Origin: the human T2T-CHM13v2.0 reference genome, Homo sapiens
Direction: 5' to 3' (one strand)
Assembly (NCBI RefSeq): GCF_009914755.1
Contig: NC_060931.1
DNA length: 64,000 nucleotides
The notes under the pieces are model-generated. The model was not told where the DNA came from and ran no database searches. It worked only from the letters and a program-made list of their open reading frames with translations. The position numbers were made by a program, and so were the translations under genes. Below are positions 25,718-40,077 of the stretch, piece after piece (within the stretch, counting starts at the first letter, position 1; each line of letters starts with the position of its first letter).

Positions 25718-28478
25718 AGTAAGAGGTGATTTTAACTTGTCCTCCAGTGAATGGATGACATAATATCTGAGTTTCCTCTTAAGCATATGTTTAGTTCATA
25801 AACTTAGTCTATTACATTCAATGGTAAAGTGGCTTAATTTTTGCATTCTTGTCCACTTGCTGGAGGTCTACCAACCTTACAGGATTCAGCACAAAAAAAC
25901 ATTTCTACTTTGAAAGTTTTGCTAACTCCACCAAGCTCATGTAGGCTTTCCTCTGTGGTTCTTTATGTTTTCCAAGAAGGGTTTCCCAAATATCAATACT
26001 TAATTTTGTGAGCCTGCACAACACCCAGTATGTATCTTTGAAATATTGAACACACGAAATAGAACTGTTTGCTAAGTATTTTAAAATGCAAATAGCCACT
26101 CACTAAAGTTCCATTCTGTGCCACCTCTCTGTGAAACTTTCCCTGGCATCCGAACAAAACAACATCTTTCTTTTCTGAGTTCTTTGTTACATGTTCAACT
26201 CATTTGTTGTTCCCACTGTTCTGTATGGCTGTTCTCTACACACTCATATTTTCTACTCAACAAGAAGAAAAAATTTCTGAAAGTCTGGAAGAGTCTAACA
26301 CAGCCCGGAGCCTAGCACATTGCTTGGGGTAATGGTTCAGGGCACTGAGTAGAGATTTGACCCAAGATGTCCTGAGTAAATTCTAGCTATCCTGATTTGA
26401 TACTAGATGGCTTTAATTTTTTTTAACTTAATTCTGGTGTCAGCCTTCATCCTGGGGAAAATCATTATTTCCAACTCACATCTTCTTTAAAAAAAATTTA
26501 TACTGTTTCTACTGTGTTCATTTAATAGGTACTTCTGATGTAAACTCTAAGGATGTTAAACTTTAAAACAGAATAACAGGGAAATATAGGTTGTGGTTTA
26601 TTTTGGAGGAATTGCTATTAGCCTGACTACAAGGCTAATCTTCAAACATGACTCTGGAGAAAAGGTTAGCAGCCTGAACTCAAACAGGAATGGTTGTTAA
26701 TAGATGAATGCAATGATGAGGGCTCTCAGGGGTGGGTCAGCTCCGTGACTTTTGACCACCTCAAAAACACAAGCTGTGAAAACACAAGCATTCCTTCATT
26801 TTACTTATCATTTGGATCCTCAGCTCTGATTCACTTTTTTCAAAACTTATTTTGGAGCCAACGGGGATTGGTAAGTGAAAGGCTACCTGGGGCTGATTGT
26901 CATCAGCAGCAGGGCCCCGCGTGGAGGAGAATTACGGCTCTTGTTCACAAGGGTATGTTTATAATACATCTAAACTTACCTGGCAAAGGGTCTTTGAGGA
27001 GACTGTGGAGCAAGGGTGGAAACAGATAAGAACATGACTTGAAAAAGACACTTTGGTGGTTTAGAAAGTTCTTTGGGGGAATATTCTCCCTCTCTATTCA
27101 GACTTTTCCATTCTTTATCAACTCAGTTTTATTTAGTATCTGTGTATGAAGTTAAAAACGTGCTTTCTATTTTTTTTCCTATTCAAATAGCTGTGTGCAA
27201 GGCCTAGATGGTTCTTAGCACCCATCAGTTCATGTACTTTGCAGGTAACACTCATTTAGTCTCATAAGAATGACTTACCTCAGACCTTGGACTTAATTTG
27301 GGACAGAAATGAGACTGTATTGTGGGCTTAGGGACACCTGAGATACTGTTTCTCAACTACTAACTGTGTGATCTTCGGAAAAACTCTTACCTTCTCTGAG
27401 CTGGAGTGGCAGGTGGTACTGGGAGATGACTGGGAGAGATGGGTGTGACAAGTATTAAAATCCAGGTGTCACACATTACATTTCACAACTACTTTTAGAA
27501 TAGTCCCATCAAAGCATATCTTCACAATAGACAAATTTTCGATCCTCACGATGCAAACACTTACAAATGATTGTGTAGGAAAATCCTGTGGTTTTACTTA
27601 ACAAAAGTGAAGATTACATATTATTCAACGCATTATCACAAAGCTCTTTCTATTTGAAGGGGCCAAAGTCTAGATATAACTTGTAACCCCACTGAATTCT
27701 ATCCCTGAGAACAAAGGGTAATTTCTGCTCAGCAATCCTCAGTGGGTATGTAAATGAATGCTGCTGAAATATTCAAAAGCTGATACCAATACAAAGTGAA
27801 GTGCAATAATCTAAATGTGTCATTGCTTTCTCCTGCTCCTAATTACTAGCTTTAGGCTTTTTTTTTTTAACCAATATTTTGTCTCCTTGCTTTTCCTGTA
27901 CAGATTGAATGAACACCCAACTATATAGGATTACTAGTTTCTCACAGCAGCTTTCAAGCATTGTCTTCGTTTTTCTTTTGGTTCCGTCATTGCTCTGGCT
28001 GTGACCGGTTAGCAGAGTTGGTTGATGTGCAAAATGTTCAAAGTCACAACTTACATGGGCTAAATTACTCTTTGTTCCATGGTTATAGAAATCACTGTAA
28101 CGACAAGGAAAAATTCACTGGTTACAAGGAAAATCAAAACTAGTGCACTTCAGAAGGGATGTTCACTCAAAGGTTAAAAAGTAATGCCACTTTTGCATGT
28201 AGAGAAGTTCACTGGTAATATAATACCATCCTTTTAAATAAAACTCTTAATGTAAAGTGTGGAACTGTGTTTGGTTTATACTTTCTCTCTAAGCCCCTTG
28301 ACGAAGTGACGCCTTTCTTAAGGATGGAGTCCCAAGAGAACCTCTTCTGTGAATCTCAGAGGCCGCTCTTCCATTCATCACATGACATACTCAGCACTTT
28401 GCTCCTCAAATTTTCTAATGTCCACCAGCCATGGCCAGACTCTCTCATCTAGCAGCCCAACTGCTGCTGATTTGCTAT

Positions 28479-28505
28479 AAAAAAAAAAAAAAAAAAAAAA
28501 AAAAA
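28479..28505. repeat. A27 homopolymer not attached to any Alu/L1
   Basis: Direct read; on the minus strand reads T27-ATAG, a splice-acceptor pattern. Confidence 0.9.
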
Positions 28506-29334
28506 TTGGAGAACCTAAAATGAAACTGAATTATCTCAAGATTTCACTGCAATGAAACTTATGGGTGTTTTCTCTTGTATGAGATAATTCTTTCCATTGT
28601 TAATTACAGCCACTCTGCTTCCATCCCTGATTCCTCAGAGGGACTCAGATTTATTGATTAAATTGAGGGGCTAATGCAAAGGATATTTACAATGCTTGCT
28701 CAGAAATAGCTTATCCTTTTGGACACAGAAACCTTGTGTCTGACAAAAGCTTGCTTGCAGGCTTTTCCTTTTCATCAGAACAAGTTCTCCCCTTAAGAAA
28801 CTCTTTAGGGCTTCTTGAAAATTGGTCCCAGATAGACACACTCCTCTAACACTAACTTAATAGGCATAAATCCAGGGGTTGATTTAGCTTATGCTTGAGC
28901 CATACTTGGAGCCACCAATTATTAACCTTAGGAATCATAGATTAATTTTATGTTACTTATTCTTATAGAGTTTTCAATGCTATATTTATATCAAATTAAT
29001 CATTTTCAAATTATTTCTACTACACAAACATGATAATAGTAGATATGGTTATGGATATAGATGAAATATCCAGAGCTGCCACCCCAACTTATCCTTTCTC
29101 TCATAACCACATTTCCCTTCACTTCAAGGAAAATAACTTAAAAACTGGACTAAATCATTCTACTCATATAGTCACATTCTCTAAATTATGTATCTGTGTT
29201 AGAATTCAAAAGGAGAATTAAAAAGTAAAGGAAATTTGGAAAGCACCTAAATATTATCATTAATGTATAGTTTTTATTATTAATGAAACAATATAGAATA
29301 GAATAATAGAATTTTTACTAACATTATTAATAAA

Positions 29335-29560
29335 TATTGTGCCTCAAACACTTACTATGTTTGGAACTGTGCTAATAAGCATTTCACATATTTTCCCCAT
29401 TTAATCCTGACAATAATTCACAATAAATAGATGATTAGCCTCACTTTATAGGAGAGGAAAGTGAGTCTTAGCACGGTTAAATAATGAAGTCAAAGTTAAC
29501 CAACTAGCAAATAAGAAATCTGGAACTTGGATGAAAGTCCATCCAACTCCATAAATTTTT
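29335..29560 (-). mobile_element. MIR SINE
   Basis: 'catttaatcctgacaataa...cactttataggagaggaaagtgagtcttag'. Confidence 0.8.
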
Positions 29561-29690
29561 AATGTATTCTCCTTTATCATTTTCATTCCTTCCTTTCTTC
29601 CTTTATTTCTTCAAATATGTTTATTAAATATATCTTATTTAGGAGGATTTTGAGTTAATGTCATAAAGTGTACCAGAAAATATGAGATAG

Positions 29691-30013
<323 letters not shown>

Positions 30014-30435
30014 CAGCATATAGTCTTTAGATGACTATGTTTAAAGGAATACATTGCCAGAGTACATAAGAAATATATCCAAATTAATTGTATAATTATT
30101 CTGAGTTATATAACAATTTTTTAAAAAAAAATTCCACTGTCCAAATACTAAGATCTTAGGAAAGATCTGAAATGGCTGGCAAAGACCCTAAAAGAAGACC
30201 AGAAACAGTATTATTCTGAGCATAGGTGCAGAGTAAGGTAAGATTAGTCAGGAATTAAATGATGCATCCTTTGAATAGCTGGATAAGTGGGCAATATTTT
30301 ATGAAGAAGTCTAAGTTTTTGACAAAGAGAATTCAGTATTTTACATCTCTCAACAAAATATGGAATAATTCAAACTATGTATGACTATTCTCTCATTGAG
30401 AAGACATTCGTGAGAATGATTTAGGAGACAGGACA

Positions 30436-30660
30436 GTGTCAGAGAAAAGATAAACTGCGGAGTCAGAATAACCTGTGTTTGAAATCTGGCTTAGCCATAT
30501 TCTAAACAAAATGCTTAAATTATCTGAAACTGTTTGCCCATCAGTAAACAAGAAATAATAAAAGTGGCATCCACCTTATAGAAATGTTATACAATATTTG
30601 ACATTATGTATGAAACACTTTACGTGAGGAAGGTACTCAATACATGGTATAGCTTTTAGC
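30436..30660 (+). mobile_element. MIR SINE
   Basis: 'ggagtcagaataacctgtgtttgaaatctggc'. Confidence 0.65.
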
Positions 30661-30939
30661 ATAGCTTAATCTTATGTCCTTCCTTCATTAGGAATATCAG
30701 TATTTTTAGGCAGATGTCCTTGTCTTTTCTCCCTCCGATAGGTGAATTTCTGCTAAAACTACCTACTTCATTAAATGAAGATTTTTTGTTAACAATGAAA
30801 ATGAAATAGAATTCAATTCAGGGTACATGATGTATTATTCCCTTTGATAGACTATTCAAACTTAAACTCAGTTTCAAAACACCTGATTATCATATTCAGG
30901 AAACAGATTTTGTTTACCTTTCTGTCTCTTTTCCATTAA

Positions 30940-31686
30940 AAAAATTTAAAGCCACATTTAGTGGAGTATAATTTAACATAAAATAAAAGTTTCTTTTTTA
31001 TAGTGTATAGTTCCATGAATCTTTACAAACACATATTGTCATGTAACAAATACCAAAAGCAAAATATAGATCAGTTTCATCATCCCTCCAATTTTCTCTT
31101 TTCTATTTGTAATCAACTCCTTACCACACCCATAGCCCTTGGCAATTACTAATGTTTTTGTTATAATTTTGCTAATGTTTTTGCTATAGTTTTGCTTTTT
31201 CAGAATGTCATAGCAAGGAATCATCATCTATTACATATAAACATTATAATTTGGTTTCTTTCTCCAAGTACAATGATAACATTCATCCAAGCCATTTCAT
31301 GTATCAGTAATTCTTTATTATTTCTTTTTTGATGTTTCAATGTATGGATATATGACAATTTGCCTAATTGACAGTTATTTTGTTTTTTTTTTCCAGTCTG
31401 AAGCATTTATGAATAAAGGCACTATAAACTTTTACTTACAAGTGTTTATGTAAACACACATTTTCATTTATCTTGGTAAATACATAGGACTAGACTTGCC
31501 AGATTGTATTATAAAGATAGGTTTAACTTTATTCGCAGAACTGCTTTCCAATGTGGCTGTACAATTTTGCATTTCCACCAGCAATACATGAGAATTTCAG
31601 TTCCACGTTCTCAACAACACTTTTTAAAAATAGCCATTCTGATAGATGTGTAATGGTATCTCATAATGGTTTTAATTTGCATTTTA
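30940..31686 (-). mobile_element. L1MC/ME 3' end
   Basis: 'gtggctgtacaattttgcatttccaccagcaat', 'gccattctgatagatgtgtaatggtatctc'. Confidence 0.85.
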
Positions 31687-32659
31687 CAAGGACACCCAAT
31701 GAAAGTCAGATTGGTTGGTGCCCCCTCCTCCACTCTTGTGAAATATTTTCAATGTCACACATGTATACCTTCCCACAATTTAAGGTAATGGGAAATATAT
31801 TAAGACAATGTAAAACTTTCTTAAACATTACCCCACTACAGTACTCAACTACTCATTTGCACCTCGATATTTGTGTGCATAACTTTTAATAGAAAAATTT
31901 ACCATTATTTCCACACTGATTTTTTTCCTTCTGGGAACATCATGTTTTCCCAACTAGACTTGAATCTTTAAAAAGACAGTAAATACATGATACCTATCTT
32001 AAACTTCTGCTATCTAAGAGCCGTATTCCACAAATGCTTGTGGAGTAAATTGAGAGCATTTAAGTCATAACTTTGTTCTGCCCTTCTCCAAGCTAAATAT
32101 CACCAGCTACCGAGGGTCAAAACTGAACAGAAAAGATGACAGAGAAGGAAGTGTTAAGGGCATGAAATCATTTGAGAGTCTAAATGTGGATTGGATTGAA
32201 CGCTAAAGAAAATTGAAGAGAAAATGCAAAGTAAAGTATATAAAGTAAATAAAATGGAACAGGCAAAAGGAAGGAACATTAGGAAAAAATAAGCAAAGGG
32301 GATATTGAAAAATACCTGTACAAGAAAAAGAATTCATCATATAAGAAGGTGGGACCAAAAACCAGAAATATATGCCAAAAATAATTGTACATGAATATAT
32401 TTATTTTTATTGATGATATTTAATTCTCAAAGTCTGTAAGTTAAATAAGTTAAAGTTAAATCAGCCCTCTGGACTGAGTAATGTATTATTTGGTATATTT
32501 GGGAGATAATGTTTGAACAAATCTTTTTCTTTTCTATTAGCTTATCTCCTGAACTTTTATTAAAATGGAAAACATTTACATAAACTCCAAATAGTCAACA
32601 CACTACCATGTAAATAAGACTAGGGAGAAAGTGGGGAAGACCTGTTCTCCTGCTAAATA

Positions 32660-33701
32660 TAATCTTCTCTTGGTAACTGCACCTCTTACTATGGTTTTAA
32701 ATATGACTAAGCACCAGGATAACCCATCCACTTCTCTGAACTTTGTGTATTCACCTCCCACTTAATATCTCTCTTTAGATATTTGATAGCATGAAAGATT
32801 TTGTCGTGCTCAAAACAGAATTATTTATACGTTCTCCAAATTTTTTCTAATTCCAGTTTCCTCCAACCCAGTCAATAACAATTCACCTTTTCCATTTACC
32901 AAAATCTGAGTATCATTATTCACAACTTTTTCTTACATTTTATTCCAATCCATCAGCAGATGCAATTAGCTGCACCTTCAAAATACACTTGGAATCCTAT
33001 CATAGTCAAAGCCAACATCGTCTCTCATCTGAATTATTGCAATGACCTTCTAACTGGTCTCCCTTCTCCCCTTCTTGTTCCCTGCAATGTGTTGTTTACA
33101 CACTAGCAAGAAGAATTCTTTTAAAAGGTAAAGCAGATGATGTCATATTAGAATTTCCAAAAACTTCTAGTAACCTTCAGCTCCATTCATCCTGTAAGGC
33201 CCAAAATGATCGTGGCCCTGCAACCTCTCTGGGAGTATCTCTTACCAGTCTCTTCCTGACTCATTCTACTCTAGCCACATTGGCCTTCTGACTCTCTCCA
33301 AAGTATGTACGTTCTCTTCTTTGGGCCCTGGGACATTTTCCTCACCCTTTTTGAAATTTCTTCCTCCAGATATATGCATGCTTCTGTCTATACATCCTTT
33401 TAACCTCTGCTCAAAGGACACCTTCCTTCTCAGAGAGACATTTTCTGACCATTCTGTAGAAATAGCATCCTCCTCCTGTTTTTATCCATTCAAATTATTA
33501 TGCTTTACTTTCCTTTAGAGCACTTGCTACCACCTAACATTTCATATATCTGTTTATTTTACCATCATCTCAATCTCTCCCACTAGAGCATGAGATTCAG
33601 GTGGCATTTAGACTAGTTTGTTCACTATTAAATTCCCAGTACCTGAAAGAATAGGTGGCTCATAGAATGTACTAATACATACTTGTTGAATGAATGAATG
33701 A
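32660..33701 (+). mobile_element. L2a LINE 3' portion
   Basis: 'ccttcaaaatacact', 'tagccacattggccttct', terminal (TGAA)n tail. Confidence 0.85.
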
Positions 33702-33714
33702 TTTAGAAGCCTGG

Positions 33715-33830
33715 AGCAGAGAAAAATTATATACACTTTATGTGCCAAAGTTACATAAAGTGGTAGAGTGGGCATAAGAACCCAACATTCTGATTCTGGA
33801 GTAGTGCTTTGAATCACTCTTCTCTACTGA
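33715..33830 (-). mobile_element. MIR fragment
   Basis: 'gccaaagttacataaagtggtagagtgggcataagaaccca'. Confidence 0.6.
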
Positions 33831-34006
33831 ACCCAAGAGAGCTAGTGTAAGGATTAAAAGATGTAACCTAGGTCAATTTTCCATCCTCACACTTTATGTG
33901 CAGTAATTACTGAGTAAATGACAATTATCTATTTATTCCCAGGACATCCTCAACTTTAGTCCCCCAGTGGTTGGGAATAGAAGATAAAATATGTTAACAG
34001 TCATTG

Positions 34007-34143
34007 TTTTTTTGTTGTTGTTGTTTTTTGTTTTGTTTTGAGACGGAGTCTCACTCTGTCGCCCAGGCTGGAGTGAAGTGGCAAGATCTCAGCTCACTGC
34101 AAGCTCCACCTCCCGGGTTCACTCCATTCCTCTGCCTCAGCCT
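34007..34143 (-). mobile_element. 5'-truncated AluY (right arm only)
   Basis: 'gcaagctccacctcccgggttcac'; TSD CAGTCATTG at 33998-34006 and 34144-34152. Confidence 0.92.
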
Positions 34144-35029
34144 CAGTCATTGATTTTTAAATATCCAACTTGAAATCTAGTTTGTATTTACCACAAAAGG
34201 GAATAAGTGATGTGACTGTCCCAAATTTTAAGTAAAATGGCTTTTTCCAGTTGTTTCCTATAAAATACATATAGCGTCCTGACTATCTAGAATCTTTGGT
34301 CAATTTGACCTCACTTATAAAATTCTGAATTAAAAAAGAGGGCAAAGTGTAAGGAAGTAGGGATAGAATGTACCAAGACTGTGTATAAATGCACTATCTC
34401 ATATATATAAATATTCTATGTATTCCTTAGAAAGATAGAATGCAGGTAAAAACTATTAAGTATGGGTTGTTTATTTGTTTGAACAAGCAAACTTAAGACC
34501 CTCATGGCCTGACCTGAAGGTTAAACACAACTAGACCCAGGGTGATGTTGTCTTAACCTCTGCCCCTTCCCCCAGTGTTCCACTATTATTCTCTTCCACA
34601 CTTTTGAGTCTTTCATGGGGTCCAGTCAAGGTCAGCTGCAGATGGACATCTGGCACTTGGTAGAAATAGTAACAATATGTAGATTGTAATAAGCAAGGCA
34701 TTTTTTGAAGTACAATTAAACTTACTGTACACAAATACTTGATCTACAACCAGCAAAACCCCAGATTCAAGCACCAGTTCTCTAAAGTGTTTGCAGAAAC
34801 CCTAAGTGTGGTAGAGGTAATCCATTAGGTAGACAAGAGGAAAAGATAATAACTTATATTTTTTTATTATTGTGTAATAAACTAAGAAGGAAATGAAACT
34901 TCAATGACAATCTGCATATTTACAGTAATTTTATATATAATTTAGAAATAAAACATATTGAGATGCAAAGTAAAATTATTTTACTGATAGCATTCCATAA
35001 TAAGAACATATTAGATTATATTATTAATT

Positions 35030-35500
35030 TTATTTTTCAGAATAACAACTTACCCCAAACTTAATGGTTTAAAGTAACACATAGTTTTATCACACAGTTC
35101 CATGAGTCATGAGTCCTGGCATGGATTACCTGTGTCCTCACCTGGAAGCTCACCTGGAAAAGAACGTGCTTCCAAGTTTACTTGAGGTTGTTGAAAGAGT
35201 TTATTTCCTTGTAGCTATAGGACTGATGACCTCAGGCCCCAGAAAACTTCCTGCCTGGTGGCCCTCTCCATAAGTAGTATATAACATGGCTGTTTGCTTC
35301 TTCACAGCCAAAAAGAGAATCTCTCTGCCTCCAGTCTGTTAAGGCAAAGTATTACATAACAAAACAAAATCACAGAAATTGACATCTTATCACCTTTGCC
35401 ATATTCTATGGTTTAGAAGCAAGTGATAGGTTTCACCTGCACTCAAGGAGGGGGCATTATTCAAGGCTCCTTGTGGGTCATCTTAGAGTATGTCTTCCAT
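35030..35500 (-). mobile_element. MLT1F-type MaLR LTR
   Basis: 'accccaaacttaatggtttaaag', 'catggctgtttgcttcttc', 'ccatattctatggtttagaagcaagt'. Confidence 0.75.
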
Positions 35501-36625
35501 AGAGACCATTCTTCAAAAGAATATCTAAAGGCCGTCTTTCTAGCTTCAAAACTCAAAGATTAATTTTATTTTTTTAAAGAGACCTAGCTAAAACATGCCT
35601 TTCTTCCTAGAAAATTTATTAAATCAATGCAGCTCAACTCTGATCACTTCCTACATTGGATTTCTTCAACATTTATGTTCTAAGTTCAGGATGTATTACG
35701 TTGTACTTGTCAACTGATGCTAACAAGTGTGTTTATTTTGTGTTCTTCCCATGTACATATACTTCAAGGACATAAATTTAGATTTATCTCATAAATAATA
35801 ATACCGCTATATTAAGATTGTCAGAGATGGTAACCTTCTTCATCCGCCCTTCCTGTGTTCACTAGCTCACTCCTAGTGTGAAAAGAGAAACTCCACATCT
35901 TGCAGAAAGCAAAATGAAGACTGAGGGGCAATGCAATGTGGTTGGAACACATAGCAGTAGTCACTGACGCAGTAGGTATTAGACCTCAACATTTTCAATT
36001 CTTTATCCTTTGTTCATTTTATCAAGTCATACTGTTTCCAATTAGCTAGGAGTAATCTTTAAAGACAGAAATGATCTTCAAAAAAAAATGAAAGCCTTGG
36101 GAATTCAATCAGCACTAAAATCTTCCTTCCAATGTTCTGTCTGGATGAATAATTCCATCCGAAGAGGTGTGGCTCTTTTATTTTTAAATTTTAAAGGGAG
36201 GGGATTAGATTAGTTACTTTATTAAAACTGTGCATTTAAGAGTCTAGCTCTTCTGGGCCAGAATTCTCAAAAGGGAATGGGAAATCAGGCTCAGTTTACA
36301 AGTCAGTTCTGTGTAGTTGCTCAAGACTCAGAAACAACTATTTTCAGATGATTAATTATTTGTCTCAATCTAGTCTTAACAAGGTGAAATAAAATGTTTA
36401 GGTCATATATTCACAATTGAATCACTAATTCAATAGAGCCCACATTTTTGCACAATGAAAGCAAATTAATTAATTATATTCCATCAATTTTTTGGCTTTT
36501 TGGAAAAAAAAAACTGATGAAAAAAATAATAGATTTTATGCCACAGATAATAATGGCTTGTAACATGTTAAGAGAAAAAAAATGCAAGAGTAATTTATTG
36601 AATACGATTCCTTTCCATGGACTAA

Positions 36626-36942
<317 letters not shown>

Positions 36943-39894
36943 TAGGAAAATGCATTTCTAAGATTTCAGTAGAATGTCCTCTTTACCAAGAAAAATGGTA
37001 ACAATTCTATCATCGCTTCTATAAGAGATTCTCCTAGGTCCTCACTCACTGAACTCTGATATCCACAAACTTCTGCTTCTTGTTCATCAGGTGGCTTCTT
37101 TCCACAGCATGCAAGCAGCATGCTACAACAGAGGCTATGGGAACACTGGGATGGTAGGAGTATTAGTATGTCTGCTCACTGATGAAACCGTGATTCTTCA
37201 CATCCTTCATTTTGTGTAAATTACAGCAATACAAGATAACAGCAATACCTGCTTTTGTTACAGGCAAATCTCTAACCTGCTGTTGCCACGTTTGGGTCTC
37301 TTTTAAACCTTTTCATCATTTAAATTAAAATACAGCAAGGAATTAAAAGGGAAGTTTGCCATTTCTCATTCGATCAGATATCTAAGAACAAAGTGAATTT
37401 CTTCAATATTGTGAGGTTCACATGGTGAACACTAAGAGATCTTTTCAGAAAGTGTTGGTTAAGTCCTTTGTCATATTATGAGTACATTTTAAAATAATAT
37501 AAATGATCTTTAATCATGATTTAACATAATTTTTAATAAATTCAAATGTATATTTGTTCCTCATTGAAATTATTGTCTGAATTTTGTAAATGAAATCAGT
37601 ATTTTTCTAATTGGTTCTCTGCTGATTTTTAAAAATCATCAACCCTATGATACATTTTGGGAGTTTAGTGTAGGGAGTACACACACACATTGCATTCTGT
37701 CATTTTTTAAGTCCCCTCTAATGAATTCTTAATTACATTATTCAAAAGATCCATTATTCAGCATTCATCTCACTGCTAAATGAAAGTCTTTACCTGACAT
37801 GTGAATGAAATGAGTCTAAATGCTTTCCATGCCACCTAGGGATTCTGAATAGACTTTTAGCTTAACAGCAGCAATAGGCTTCATTTCTGCTTTAAATTTG
37901 TGTGGATTGTTTTTAGAGATAGGTTAGCTATGCAATAGTCTACCAATCTGAGCAGCACTTAAATTCCATTTTGTTCTCAGACTTACCTTGGGCCAGAAAA
38001 ACTGCAAACAAGATCAGATGATCGCTGAAGGTAGAAGAAATGCCATACACATACAAGATTTGATAACCTGTAAAAGCTTTCAGATACAAGTGTGCATCAC
38101 CCACAACACTAACTTCAGATGAGGAGAGCAAACTTCCTAAGAGCTGCTTGTACATTTTCTCATTTCTCATTGTGAAGAAAAAAGTGGAAGTAGCCAGAGA
38201 AACTCAGAGACCTTCAACTGGTAATAAGATTTTTTCTTAATCACACTTCCATTGCTTTCAACAGACTAATGCATAATACTGGTAGTAACAAATTGTCTCA
38301 GGCTTTATGTGTCTTCTGTAGCCATGCCTAAAAATGAGCCATAGTTACTACACTATTTATCAAGCAGCCCTCATATCTCCAAATGATGCCCCCAGAAGAT
38401 ATCTAACAAGAGCATAAGCTGATGTAATAGTAATATATGATAGTCTGTGTTCCAGAACTCTAACTAGTTATACAGAATATAAGCAAAGCTGCTAGAGATA
38501 TAGATTTAGTGAAAGCAAAGTTCATCTTCTAAATAACATAAAGCAACAAACTCAGAATCTTTGCCCTGCCTTCCCCTAGTTTCAGGAGAGGAAATTATCA
38601 AAAGCATCTAACAAGATGGGCTTACTTTAAATTTTGTTTTTGTTTTGGCTTGGCTTGCTTTGGTTTGGTTTTCTAGAGTGTATGAATCACTAACTTGCTC
38701 TGTTAGGCTTGGGGGTGTGTCTATGTGCAACAAGTGACCAAGTGTAGCCCTGTGTCACACATTCAGCTATGCATAGCTAAATGACTAAATTACTTCATGT
38801 AATTGCATCTGATGTTAACAAAACCATTGAAGAAACCTTTTGGATCTCCAAGTCCATCTCAAAATATCATTTTTAGAGACAGCATAAGTGTATTATCTTG
38901 TTTAGTTCATGATTCAGTGCTCTTTCTTTACAGGAAGTAGGAAATATCTTTAGGCAAAAAAAAATTATATTTCTCTTCCACTATTGTTTTTATAACTGCC
39001 ATTGTACCTAAAATTGGAGAAGAAATTTTTCTGCAACTGCTGCACAGAGTGAAGAAAGTAACAGGGAAAAAGCTTACCATAAAATTACTCCAAACACAGT
39101 AAGTTTGTTGTATCTTCAGGAGAAAAAATGCATTTTAGTGTTGCCATATTAAGTGAATATCTTGAAAATCAATGATATATACACACATTTTAAGTCAATG
39201 CCTTTGGATTTTTAAAGAATACAGAAAAAAATGGCAGTCCATAATGCAGTAACAATAGAGATGTGTCATAGAACTCGAATGTCATTAATTCAGTAGAAGT
39301 CATGAATAGGTGGAGATTTACCCTTTTCCCATTTTTGGTAAATTTAAGATTATTACATCAATGGAAGGTCCAATCTTAAAATATATGTCTGATCAGCCAG
39401 AGGTGAAGCTTAAGGTGTGGCTTTGGAGTTGCTCTGACTCCCATCCCTGCTGTATTGGAAAGAGGAATGAAAAGATCAAACTTAGAATCAGTCCTATGAT
39501 TTGTAGTTCTTTCTAGAAGATAATGCCCACTGTAATATACTTAGGGATTGGTTAATGAAATACGTGGCATTTTCTGATAGGAATGCAATACTTCCTAGCT
39601 GCAAACAGATAAATAAATAAGCAAATAAATAAATAAATAAATCCAATATTTAAAATGCATATGAGATATCACAGAAAAACTCATGTTAATCCACTCCTGT
39701 AATAGGCAATGTATGTGAGTGCAGCTCATGGGGACTTCAGTTTCCTCACTGCAAGGAATGGGGCATCCCCTGCTGAAGATTTTCCCCCCTGAACTCTAGC
39801 CTCAGGGTTCAAAGCCCTCAAAGCTAAAGGCTAACTCCACAAGTATAACAGAAGACTTCTTGGTGTAAGTCAAACTAGAAAATTTGAAAAGTAT

Positions 39895-40077
39895 TCTTTT
39901 TTTTTTGTTGTGTCTCTGCCAGATTTTGGTATCAGGATGATGCTGGCCTCATAGAATGAGTTAGGGAGGAGTCCCTCCCCTTCAATTTTTTTGAATAGTT
40001 TCAGTAGGAATGGTACCAGCTCTTCTTTGTACCTCTGGTAGAATTCAGCTGTGAATCTCTCTGGTCCTGAGCTTTTC
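39895..40077 (-). mobile_element. Isolated internal L1PA ORF2 fragment
   Basis: Translates [58 protein letters not shown] (L1 ORF2p Z/RT-proximal region). Confidence 0.95.
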
